DNA from: Nitrospiraceae bacterium
GTDB lineage: Bacteria; Nitrospirota; Nitrospiria; Nitrospirales; Nitrospiraceae
Length of the DNA: 28,207 nucleotides
Assembly: GCA_039916745.1 (NCBI GenBank)
Contig: JBDSKU010000477.1
Span: forward strand, 1-28,207
Direction: 5' to 3'
The position numbers were made by a program, and so were the translations under genes. The notes under the pieces are model-generated. The model was given only the letters and a program-made list of their open reading frames with translations. It searched no databases and had not been told where the DNA came from. Below, piece after piece: positions 1-7,516 of this stretch (position 1 is its first letter; each line of letters begins with the position of its first letter).

Positions 1-693
1 ATAGTCGCATTTAATTTTTCTGACTTCTTCTCGAGAAAGTTCCTTCTTGTTTTTGGCTGCCTGCTCCAAACCTTTCCTGAACACCGCACGCTCGCCTCGG
101 TAGGTGGCCAACGAATAGTCCCATGGCAGGCATTCAAGGGCCCCATCCTCTTTCTCAACATCCTTCAAGTAGAGCATCACAATGACACAAGTCCCGGGGC
201 CTCCATCGGCGTGCCACAACTCGGAACCTGCCGGATCTCCTCTGCGATTTTCTGATTTGTAGAGCATGCCATAAAATATTTTGAAGTTGGCTTTGAATAT
301 CTCCTTTAAAAACGACTCCAGTGATCTCTTGAAGAGTTGTTCGATTTCCGGGAACGTCGTGTATATCTCCTTCAGGTATTGCCCTCGTTCGTTCCAAATT
401 TCAAGACCGGCCTGTTCTTCATCTTGAATTTTCCTGAAAATCGACTGCGCCAACTGTTGATTCTCTTGAGTCCAGAAAGAGGCAACATTCTTAGCCTGAA
501 AATCCTGCACGGCTTTTTGAACCTCAGGGCAACTCTTAGCTCGTTCCGTAAAACCTTGGCGACAATGGTCAAGATAGTTGGAATAGCGATACGCTTGCCT
601 CCAACCCAATCGTGAGCGATGTTTCTCAATGGACCGTAGACTCAGGTAATCCACCACCGTATCTTTCAATTTTCGAAAAATAGACACGCTCAT
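1..693 (-). CDS. 2OG-Fe(II) dioxygenase / PhyH-like protein (3' end outside window)
   Basis: Not in ORF track. Manual translation from ATG at 693 (SD GGGAG upstream) is open for 231 codons to base 1: MSVSIFRKLKDTVVDY...SELWHADGGPGTCVIVMLYLKDVEKEDGALECLPW... WHxD (205-216) followed by hydrophobic strand-YLxD...G-x-L-x-x-L-P is the PhyH/2OG-Fe(II) jelly-roll pattern. Confidence 0.8.
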   Translation of the reverse strand, partial: MSVSIFRKLKDTVVDYLSLRSIEKHRSRLGWRQAYRYSNYLDHCRQGFTERAKSCPEVQKAVQDFQAKNVASFWTQENQQLAQSIFRKIQDEEQAGLEIWNERGQYLKEIYTTFPEIEQLFKRSLESFLKEIFKANFKIFYGMLYKSENRRGDPAGSELWHADGGPGTCVIVMLYLKDVEKEDGALECLPWDYSLATYRGERAVFRKGLEQAAKNKKELSREEVRKIKCDY

Positions 694-950
694 TTGCTGG
701 CTCCCTGGTTAGCCAATCTTAGCCGGCCGCACCTTTATGGACCTGAACGACGCGTTCCAATAATTTGAGAGCACCTGCTGTTGCTCCTTTTGGAATGACC
801 ACCGCCTCACTGGATCCTGCCGAATCATTTCGGCGTTAGAGATCGAAGCGTTCTGGCTCCAATGCTCCATTGGGAACCGACCGCTCACGCACGGCGCAGC
901 TCCCTCCATTCCAATGAGACTGGTCATACCTGGAGCCGGACGAGGAGCCA

Positions 951-2198
951 TTATGGCCATCCCTTTCCAATTGTGATGTACTCTGCACTGCGATCGTATT
1001 CGAGAGTATCTGTCGCTTCAAAACTGCCGGACAATCCAGGCGCTTGATGATCGCTTATTTCTCTTAGCTCATGCCTGGCGCTCCATCCGTTAAACTCCCA
1101 CTTTCCGACCTCAGTCTGTATCCAGAACTTTGGATTGCGATGCTGATCGAGCATAAACTGCAACGACTTTGGCGCAATGCCTAGCCACGCGCAAAACTGC
1201 CCATGATATTTGAGCGGCGCTTGTTCGTGCTTACGAATAAGGCGTAATCCCTTCTCGCGGCTAATCCTGCCGAATCGAATTTCTCGACTGACATGATCGG
1301 TGACTTTTGAATAACCATGTTTGTAGAGCTTTAGCTGATCATGCAAATCCATATAGTTAAAACAATCGACAAAATCATAGCAGTCAAAGGTGCGATTGAA
1401 GACAGAAGTCTTGTACCCATACTCGCGCATCATCTGCTCATGCTGCGCCTTGGGATCCCACCTTACGTAGTTACCCAAGTAGATGCCCTTCACTCCTACT
1501 GCGTTCAGGTCGCGATCGTCAGGATAGCGATACTGCCAGACGTCTTCTTCCTTGAGAGTATCGAAGATGGACAAGAGATCATCGGCCTCATGTCCCATCA
1601 AGTCATGATCCTTTCGGTAGCGACGGGTCATCTCGACCTCATGCTCATGGGAAAACATCCCAACCTGCTCAAGCCCCTGGTGAGCACCCCAGATAATTAA
1701 TGGGACCTTATATCGAACAGCCGTCTGAACCGGGAATACCGTTTGGCCCGCTAAAATAGGCCAGTACATACTGCCGAACTGCAGCAGAGTGCTCCGGGTA
1801 ATATTCTTTACCGAAACGGGATTGACGTTCTGACAAAGGATGTCGCAGTTGAATCGAATGCGAAGATTCGAAAGGTTGCGGATACCGAGCGGCGTATTGA
1901 AATATTTGTTATAGGTCACTAGCAATGGATTGAGACCCAACCGCTCCTTCACCATGTAAATGATGTAGTAAGAATCCTGTGCGCCGGTCACAGGAACGAT
2001 GCAATCGTAATTTCGGCCGTCAGTACTGCGATATGGTGCCACAAGCTGGGTCAACTTCTCCCACCGAGGTGCCCAATCGAGATTATCCTTTTCTTCATGA
2101 ATGAGGCATCCGGAGCAAAGGCCTTGATCATCCAGCATGAGTCCGAGCGGATGGTCCGTAGAATAAAAACAACGACGACAAACCTGTGGATTAGACAT
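951..2198 (-). CDS. N-acetyl sugar amidotransferase (WbpG/WbuX/PseA-like), degenerate PP-loop copy
   Basis: N-terminal CRRC...CSGC, YDCIVPVTGAQDS (PP-loop position), LLVTYN, WGAHQG, YLGNYVRWD, LKLYKHGYSKVTDHVSREIRFGRISRE; start overlaps hisF stop by 8 nt. Confidence 0.85.
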   Translation of the reverse strand: MSNPQVCRRCFYSTDHPLGLMLDDQGLCSGCLIHEEKDNLDWAPRWEKLTQLVAPYRSTDGRNYDCIVPVTGAQDSYYIIYMVKERLGLNPLLVTYNKYFNTPLGIRNLSNLRIRFNCDILCQNVNPVSVKNITRSTLLQFGSMYWPILAGQTVFPVQTAVRYKVPLIIWGAHQGLEQVGMFSHEHEVEMTRRYRKDHDLMGHEADDLLSIFDTLKEEDVWQYRYPDDRDLNAVGVKGIYLGNYVRWDPKAQHEQMMREYGYKTSVFNRTFDCYDFVDCFNYMDLHDQLKLYKHGYSKVTDHVSREIRFGRISREKGLRLIRKHEQAPLKYHGQFCAWLGIAPKSLQFMLDQHRNPKFWIQTEVGKWEFNGWSARHELREISDHQAPGLSGSFEATDTLEYDRSAEYITIGKGWP

Positions 2199-2979
2199 CA
2201 GTCGTGAGGGAATACATTGATTCGTAACTTGGAAGGCGCATTGGCATACCTATCAATTGCGTTTTGATCTTCTGAATGGCATGCTCCCTATAGCTCAGAA
2301 AGTTTCCCACAGCCACGGCAGCCATGCGCGGCTGCGAGAGGAGCTCAATCAGCTGACCAGGCTCACTCAGCCCGCCAAAAGCGATTAGAGGGATTTCAGC
2401 CGGAAGTGAAGCATGGGCACTCAACCTGCGGTCAAAGCCTCCGGGCTGCCCTTCATGCTGCCAATCAATGACGAGTAGTTCCGAGACTATGCCCAATGTG
2501 ACGGCATCCAGATCTTTAGCCGAAACTTGAGTTGAGACTTTTGTGCGGTAATCCAGCCATTCGATACGCTGATCGCGATAGGAAAGCGGCAACGAGGCAA
2601 TCACCGCCTGCGCCCCAAGTTGGCGTGACAACCCCCGCACAATTTCAACATCATCGTGCAGAAGGGCATCGACACAGAGGCGGTCCGCGCCTAACCTAAT
2701 CACTTGCAAACCATCCTCCACTGATCGGATTCCGCCACCATATATCAGCGGTGTTCCCAGACCCAATTGCCCCAGTCGCCCCAGGAGCTTGAAGTCGGGA
2801 CCTAGCCGGCCGGAGGATCGATCGATGCTCAGAACGAAGATTTCATCCGCGCCCCATCGGTCCAGGTTTTGGACCAGGCATTCTGGCTTTCCCAACGGCA
2901 AATAGCGCCGATAGCCAAACGACTGAACCGCCCAGCCATTTTTCACAATGACTGTTCCAATCAAACGTTTCTTAAGCAT
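2191..2979 (-). CDS. hisF: HisF-like cyclase paralog (glycan-locus HisF2/WbuZ type)
   Basis: MLKKRLIGTVIVKNG start, GADEIFVLSID, PLIYGGGIRS, PLIAFGG, AVAVGNFL TIM-barrel motifs; adjacent to HisH-like gene. Paralog, not the histidine-operon copy. Confidence 0.85.
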   Translation of the reverse strand: MLKKRLIGTVIVKNGWAVQSFGYRRYLPLGKPECLVQNLDRWGADEIFVLSIDRSSGRLGPDFKLLGRLGQLGLGTPLIYGGGIRSVEDGLQVIRLGADRLCVDALLHDDVEIVRGLSRQLGAQAVIASLPLSYRDQRIEWLDYRTKVSTQVSAKDLDAVTLGIVSELLVIDWQHEGQPGGFDRRLSAHASLPAEIPLIAFGGLSEPGQLIELLSQPRMAAVAVGNFLSYREHAIQKIKTQLIGMPMRLPSYESMYSLTTDV

Positions 2980-3583
2980 GACACAATCCTGAAATCAGAC
3001 TTTTCAACAGTTCCTTTCCTGGCCTCTGACTCTTTTCAGGATGAAACTGCAATCCCACGACACTACCCCGGCGAACAACAGAAGGAAAAGCCTTGTGATG
3101 CCTCGATAGACCAATCTGATATTCCGATGGCCCCCGGTAAGCAAAGGAGTGATTGAAATAAAACACTTGTCCATCACTAGCCTGGAACAACGGGTCCTGC
3201 AGGACACATTCGATAGAATTCCAACCGATATGCCATTGCGGGTTGATCAGCGGCACCACCTCGCCCGGGATCAATCCAAGCCCCGTCGTGTACTGATGCT
3301 CGTACGAAGCATCGGCAAGGAGTTGCATCCCCAGGCAGAAGCCGATGATTGGGCGCTGCAAGCGGGCTTGCTCCTGCAGATAACTAACCAAACTGAGGCT
3401 GTGAAGCGCTTTCATTCCACTTGGGAAGGCACCGACTCCCGGAAGCACCAGCACATCCGCTTCATTTAAGACGGCCTGATCGTTGCTGACACGCACACGA
3501 TAATTCAGTTCACGTAAACTATGAACCACAGAAGCGTGGTTGCCCATGTGATAATCCACAACGCAGACAGTCCTCGAACTCAC
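2972..3583 (-). CDS. hisH: Class I glutamine amidotransferase, HisH-like (HisH2/WbuY type)
   Basis: VVDYHMGN, LVLPGVGAF, GFCLGMQ (nucleophile Cys), YFNHSF, QFHPEKS (His-x-Glu). Start corrected from 3709 to GTG at 3583, which forms a GTGA overlap with the upstream stop. Confidence 0.9.
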   Translation of the reverse strand: MSSRTVCVVDYHMGNHASVVHSLRELNYRVRVSNDQAVLNEADVLVLPGVGAFPSGMKALHSLSLVSYLQEQARLQRPIIGFCLGMQLLADASYEHQYTTGLGLIPGEVVPLINPQWHIGWNSIECVLQDPLFQASDGQVFYFNHSFAYRGPSEYQIGLSRHHKAFPSVVRRGSVVGLQFHPEKSQRPGKELLKSLISGLCHA

Positions 3584-4710
3584 AAGCCGACCCCTACCTT
3601 GTATTTTCGATGAATGGAGCCATTCTCTTCTATGCGGAACAAGTCTTTGTTGACGGATGAATGCACCTGCTTCCAGAACTCGGTGACAGGAATGTCGATA
3701 TAGGCGCAAAAACTTCCGATATATTCGTCACTGCATGAGTCGTCGTAACGCTCGACAAGTTCGATTCCCCGCTCACGCGTCATGCGGCCCTGGCGAATTG
3801 CTTCATTGGCATAATCTGTCACCCGGCCAAAACCAAACTTGTAGTACTTGATCATTTGATTCAGTGTGACCCAGTCCTCATCCAGCGCGGTGACACCAAA
3901 AAGATCTCCTGTGTTCTCAACGGTATCCTCGCGGATTTGCAAGCCATTGGAAACGGAATACATTCCGTTGTTGACAAGAGACCAGTCTCCAAGAAACCAG
4001 CCTAGATACACGATCTGCAGGCCATGGGCGTCGAACTCCTCGGGCGAGGGATACCGATAGGGAATCAGATCTTCCGGAGGCAAACCGGCATCAATCATCC
4101 AGTCAGCTGCGGCACCAGACAGGGTATTCATGTAGCGCAGGTTGTTACCGTCGTAACCGGTACGCCCTAGCGTTTTCAGGTCACCCAACTGCAGGCCCGG
4201 GTTCTCGCCCCACAGGATCAGCGAAATGCCATACCGAATCGCCAGTTGGGGCACCGAGCTGAACAACGTCAACTCGGTAGATCTCGCCCAATTGGTAAAA
4301 CGGGCAAAGGATTCGCGCATGAGACGTTGCCATGTACCCGGCGCGGGTGCCGACAGCACGACATCGAACCCCAGCTCGATCAAATTCGAGATATTGTCCA
4401 CGCCACGCTGAGTGACTTGCTGTGGAGGGTAACTCAGACAAGCCAGCAATGGCCTGAGGCCGAGCTTATCCCTGACCCAAAGTGCTTGGCGCGTGCTGTC
4501 CTTTCCTCCGCTCACTCCGATAATACAATCGAAATACTGCCCAGATCTGCGGCGATATTGACGAAGAAGATCTTCCAGTATCTCGTAGCGTTCCTGCCAA
4601 TCAACGTATTGGAGCTGACGGAAATAATGACAGGCCGGGCAAATGCCTTCGTCGGTGAATTGCGCGTTGGGCCTAGTATCCGGCTGGATGCAGACCTTGC
4701 AGTACTTCAT
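3580..4710 (-). CDS. N-acetyl sugar amidotransferase (WbpG/WbuX/PseA-like), intact PP-loop
   Basis: MKYCKVC...CPAC, FDCIIGVSGGKDS (PP-loop, 4495-4512), WGENPG, YYKFGFGRVTD, IRQGRMTRE. ATG at 4710 preferred over GTG at 4731. Confidence 0.88.
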   Translation of the reverse strand: MKYCKVCIQPDTRPNAQFTDEGICPACHYFRQLQYVDWQERYEILEDLLRQYRRRSGQYFDCIIGVSGGKDSTRQALWVRDKLGLRPLLACLSYPPQQVTQRGVDNISNLIELGFDVVLSAPAPGTWQRLMRESFARFTNWARSTELTLFSSVPQLAIRYGISLILWGENPGLQLGDLKTLGRTGYDGNNLRYMNTLSGAAADWMIDAGLPPEDLIPYRYPSPEEFDAHGLQIVYLGWFLGDWSLVNNGMYSVSNGLQIREDTVENTGDLFGVTALDEDWVTLNQMIKYYKFGFGRVTDYANEAIRQGRMTRERGIELVERYDDSCSDEYIGSFCAYIDIPVTEFWKQVHSSVNKDLFRIEENGSIHRKYKVGVGL

Positions 4711-4720
4711 ACAGCACTCG

Positions 4721-5605
4721 TCACAAATCACGCAGATGCTGAATTCCCCGCTGCGGCAATGCGCAGCGGGGCGCCCAGGGTGGATTGGTTGAAATTACGC
4801 GTCGATTTGCGTGAAGAGCAACGACCATGGCAAATGATTGACAGCCGACGACCCAGTCGGCCCAGGCAATCGCCTCGGCGAGGGAACTAGACGTATCGAT
4901 GGTCAGATTGAGTTCGCCCGAACGACTTAGCCATGAAGCGTATTTCCCGGAAGGATCTGACGGGTGGGAACGCAAGCGAACTTCAGGGGTGTGGCCCAAA
5001 CCCAGGGCGCCAACTCGCTCCAAGAAAAAGTCGAGGGCTTGAAATTCTCCCGGCTCTTCATTGTTCCCCCAAGGCTGCCGAATAGGCTCCAGCACATACA
5101 AGATATGGCTGCCTGGTCTTTCGTTTGGTTCGGACGACAGCGCATTAATCTGAGCAACCAATCCCTCCAAATAGCGATTGGGCAACAACACTACCGGCAG
5201 ATTAGGGAAACACCGCACTGCTTCAGTTTGGGCATCTTCATCCGCAACAAAAAGCTCATCGGGCAGGACCTCCTCCCCATTGCGAATAAAACGCTCACGG
5301 TAATTGACCCAATGATCGACCACTCCAATACTGAAAATGCCTAGCGCTCCAGCCATACGACGTGCCTCATGCTCCAAGTCACTTGCCCAGCCCGTGCCAC
5401 TCAGCAACATGGCCGCACCATCAAGTGCGTCGGACAACGATTCATTTTTCCAATTTGGGAAGGTGGCAGACCACAACGCCATGGCCGGGCCCTGCAGACA
5501 GGTTCGGACCGTTAGGTTGGGCTGATTCTTAAGCCATCCGAGGATAAGATTAGTGGCGCCTGCATCATGGGCAACAACTGCGAGAGGAGAAGACAGGCTA
5601 GTCAT
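4721..5605 (-). CDS. Hypothetical GT-B-like protein, candidate nonulosonate transferase
   Basis: 294 aa from ATG 5605 (8-nt overlap with GNAT stop). Motifs VVAHDAGA, VVDHWVNY, LPDELFVAD, LYVLEP, VRLRSHPS, ADWVVGCQSFAMVVA resemble a two-Rossmann GT-B fold with an HP motif; function inferred. Confidence 0.55.
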   Translation of the reverse strand: MTSLSSPLAVVAHDAGATNLILGWLKNQPNLTVRTCLQGPAMALWSATFPNWKNESLSDALDGAAMLLSGTGWASDLEHEARRMAGALGIFSIGVVDHWVNYRERFIRNGEEVLPDELFVADEDAQTEAVRCFPNLPVVLLPNRYLEGLVAQINALSSEPNERPGSHILYVLEPIRQPWGNNEEPGEFQALDFFLERVGALGLGHTPEVRLRSHPSDPSGKYASWLSRSGELNLTIDTSSSLAEAIAWADWVVGCQSFAMVVALHANRRVISTNPPWAPRCALPQRGIQHLRDL

Positions 5606-6140
5606 CTCTGAACTTTGCAAAGTAGAGAATGTCCTGAGCTTCCCCCTCAATAATTTCCTGTCGTACCCTCACTGCCTCAAGATGCATCCCTGAGCGTTCC
5701 ATAATCTTGATCATGCCCACATTACACCTGACCGTTCCTCCAGTAACTTTCCGGAGTCCCCTCTTTTCGAACAGAAATGACATCAGGGTCATCCACGCAT
5801 CGAGGCCTAGACCTCGTCCCCAATACGCTTGATCGCCAAGCAGAACCCCCAAGTCAGCAGTACCATGGGTCGGCGAAACATACGCCGTAATTGTGCCAAC
5901 AACTTTCCCGCCGCCTCGCACACGGACCGCAAGAAACATGTTCTCCGTCCCGTCAAAGGAGCGCAGGTATTTCAGGCAGGTGTTCGAATCATGCTGATGT
6001 AAGCGTTGGTTGCTGAAACGCACAACCTCAGGATCGCGCAACCAGCCAAGATGCTCCTCGGTAATGTCCGACTCAGCAAAAGGAGTGAGTATCGTCCGCG
6101 CCCCCGTCAGCTCGCAAAAATTGTTGGTCACTACGGTCAT
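5598..6140 (-). CDS. GNAT N-acetyltransferase (RimJ/RimL-like, PseH-like fold)
   Basis: WLRDPEVVRF, ADLGVLLGDQAYWGRGLG (acetyl-CoA binding R/QxxGxG), LRKV, N...ERSG. Confidence 0.85.
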   Translation of the reverse strand: MTVVTNNFCELTGARTILTPFAESDITEEHLGWLRDPEVVRFSNQRLHQHDSNTCLKYLRSFDGTENMFLAVRVRGGGKVVGTITAYVSPTHGTADLGVLLGDQAYWGRGLGLDAWMTLMSFLFEKRGLRKVTGGTVRCNVGMIKIMERSGMHLEAVRVRQEIIEGEAQDILYFAKFRDD

Positions 6141-6152
6141 CCTGCCTATGGG

Positions 6153-7448
6153 CTATTTATCCACCAGACTACTCATCCGATCCCATACCTTATGAAACGC
6201 CGTGACAATACGATCAATGTCCTCGCTGGAAAAATCATACACACACATCCCAATGCTGAGATAGCTATTGTCCTGAAGTTTCTCGGCGACCGGACAAATG
6301 CCTTTGCGATAATCAACATCGCGCTTGCAGATCTCAGATGTCCAGGGGAATCCCTTGGTGCCGTAGGCCATCTTTTGCTGGTACATTGGCAAGAGATGAA
6401 GATTCTGATAACTCTTCCCAATCGGAACACCCTCTGCCTGCAACGCCTCATAGATGCGACCGCGAGTGACCTGCAGTAACTCCTCATCCAGCACCAGGGG
6501 ATAGATATAGTAGGCATGGGTGCATCCTGGCTTGATCACCGGGGGGCGAAGCCCAACCAGGCCATGCAGACCGGAGGTAAGGCGCTCGGCCGCATGCTGG
6601 CGGGTGCCCACGAACCCCTTCAGCTTTTTTAGTTGTTCGATGCCAATCGCGCACTCAATTTCACCAAGACGAAAATTATATCCGATCATATTGCTAAGGT
6701 TGGTCACGCCCTTGTCGCCCACCACAGCTTCCGCATGGTTTCTGATCAATTGCAGGCGCTCGGCAATCTCGTCGTCATTGGTCACAAGGATTCCACCTTC
6801 GCCGGTATGGATATGCTTGTGGAAGTTCAGACTGTACCCGCCGACATCCGAAAGAGTTCCGGCATATTTACCCTTGACCATCGCGCCTGGCGCCTGCGCG
6901 GCATCGGTAATGACCTTGAGCCCATGCTTGCGGGCGATGGCCATCAGGACATCCGTATTGGCTGAGTGGCCGAAGATATCGACCGCCATGATGGCCTTGG
7001 TATAGGGCGAGATGGCGGATTCGACTGCAACGGGATCAAGACAAAATGTTTCAGACTCTATGTCGGCAAAGACCGGAATGGCATTCCAGTGCAGAATGGC
7101 CGTCGCGCTGGCGCACATCGTCCAGGGGCTTACGATCACTTCGTCGCCCGGCTCGATACCTATGGCGCCAACGGCGGCGATCAACCCCGAAGTCCAGGAA
7201 TTAACAGTGACTACATGCTTGACGCCGAAATACGCCTCACAGGCCCGTTCGAATTCCTGCACCTTTGGACCGCCGTAGAAGTCCGGGGTCCAGCAACCAA
7301 GGTATTGAGACAAGACACCACTCTCCACCACCTGTTTGGCAGCCGCTACTTCTTCTGGACCAATCGAATTGTAGCGCTTGAACGGGCGCTCTATAGTTTT
7401 GGGCCCGCCAAACAGTGCCAGCGGTTCGTCGATCGGGCTGTTGCTCAT
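6153..7448 (-). CDS. DegT/DnrJ/EryC1/StrS PLP-dependent sugar aminotransferase
   Basis: VNSWTSGL, GIEPGDEVIV, PVFADI, DAAQAPGA, YSLNFHKHIHTGEGG (PLP lysine), GYNFRL, CPVAE. Confidence 0.92.
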   Translation of the reverse strand: MSNSPIDEPLALFGGPKTIERPFKRYNSIGPEEVAAAKQVVESGVLSQYLGCWTPDFYGGPKVQEFERACEAYFGVKHVVTVNSWTSGLIAAVGAIGIEPGDEVIVSPWTMCASATAILHWNAIPVFADIESETFCLDPVAVESAISPYTKAIMAVDIFGHSANTDVLMAIARKHGLKVITDAAQAPGAMVKGKYAGTLSDVGGYSLNFHKHIHTGEGGILVTNDDEIAERLQLIRNHAEAVVGDKGVTNLSNMIGYNFRLGEIECAIGIEQLKKLKGFVGTRQHAAERLTSGLHGLVGLRPPVIKPGCTHAYYIYPLVLDEELLQVTRGRIYEALQAEGVPIGKSYQNLHLLPMYQQKMAYGTKGFPWTSEICKRDVDYRKGICPVAEKLQDNSYLSIGMCVYDFSSEDIDRIVTAFHKVWDRMSSLVDK

Positions 7449-7516
7449 GAGAGAACCTTTACATTGATATCACGACCCAAGGTGCCGGATGCACCCGATA
7501 GCAGTTCAGCGGACAA
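7445..7516 (-). pseudogene. Possible remnant of an internally deleted NAD-dependent epimerase/SDR gene (23-aa mini-ORF)
   Basis: TTG-start mini-ORF MSAELLSGASGTLGRDINVKVLS* fills the 57-bp gap; contains a GxxGxxG Rossmann motif and ends in an ATGA overlap with the aminotransferase start. Confidence 0.3.

Noticed and set aside
2191-3583. Histidine biosynthesis operon
   Set aside because: No other his genes are present, HisF lacks its catalytic Asp residues, and the context is a glycan amidotransferase cassette.
3584-3709. Extended HisH start at 3709
   Set aside because: It would overlap the amidotransferase by 130 nt; GTG 3583 gives the canonical HisH N-terminus and a GTGA overlap.
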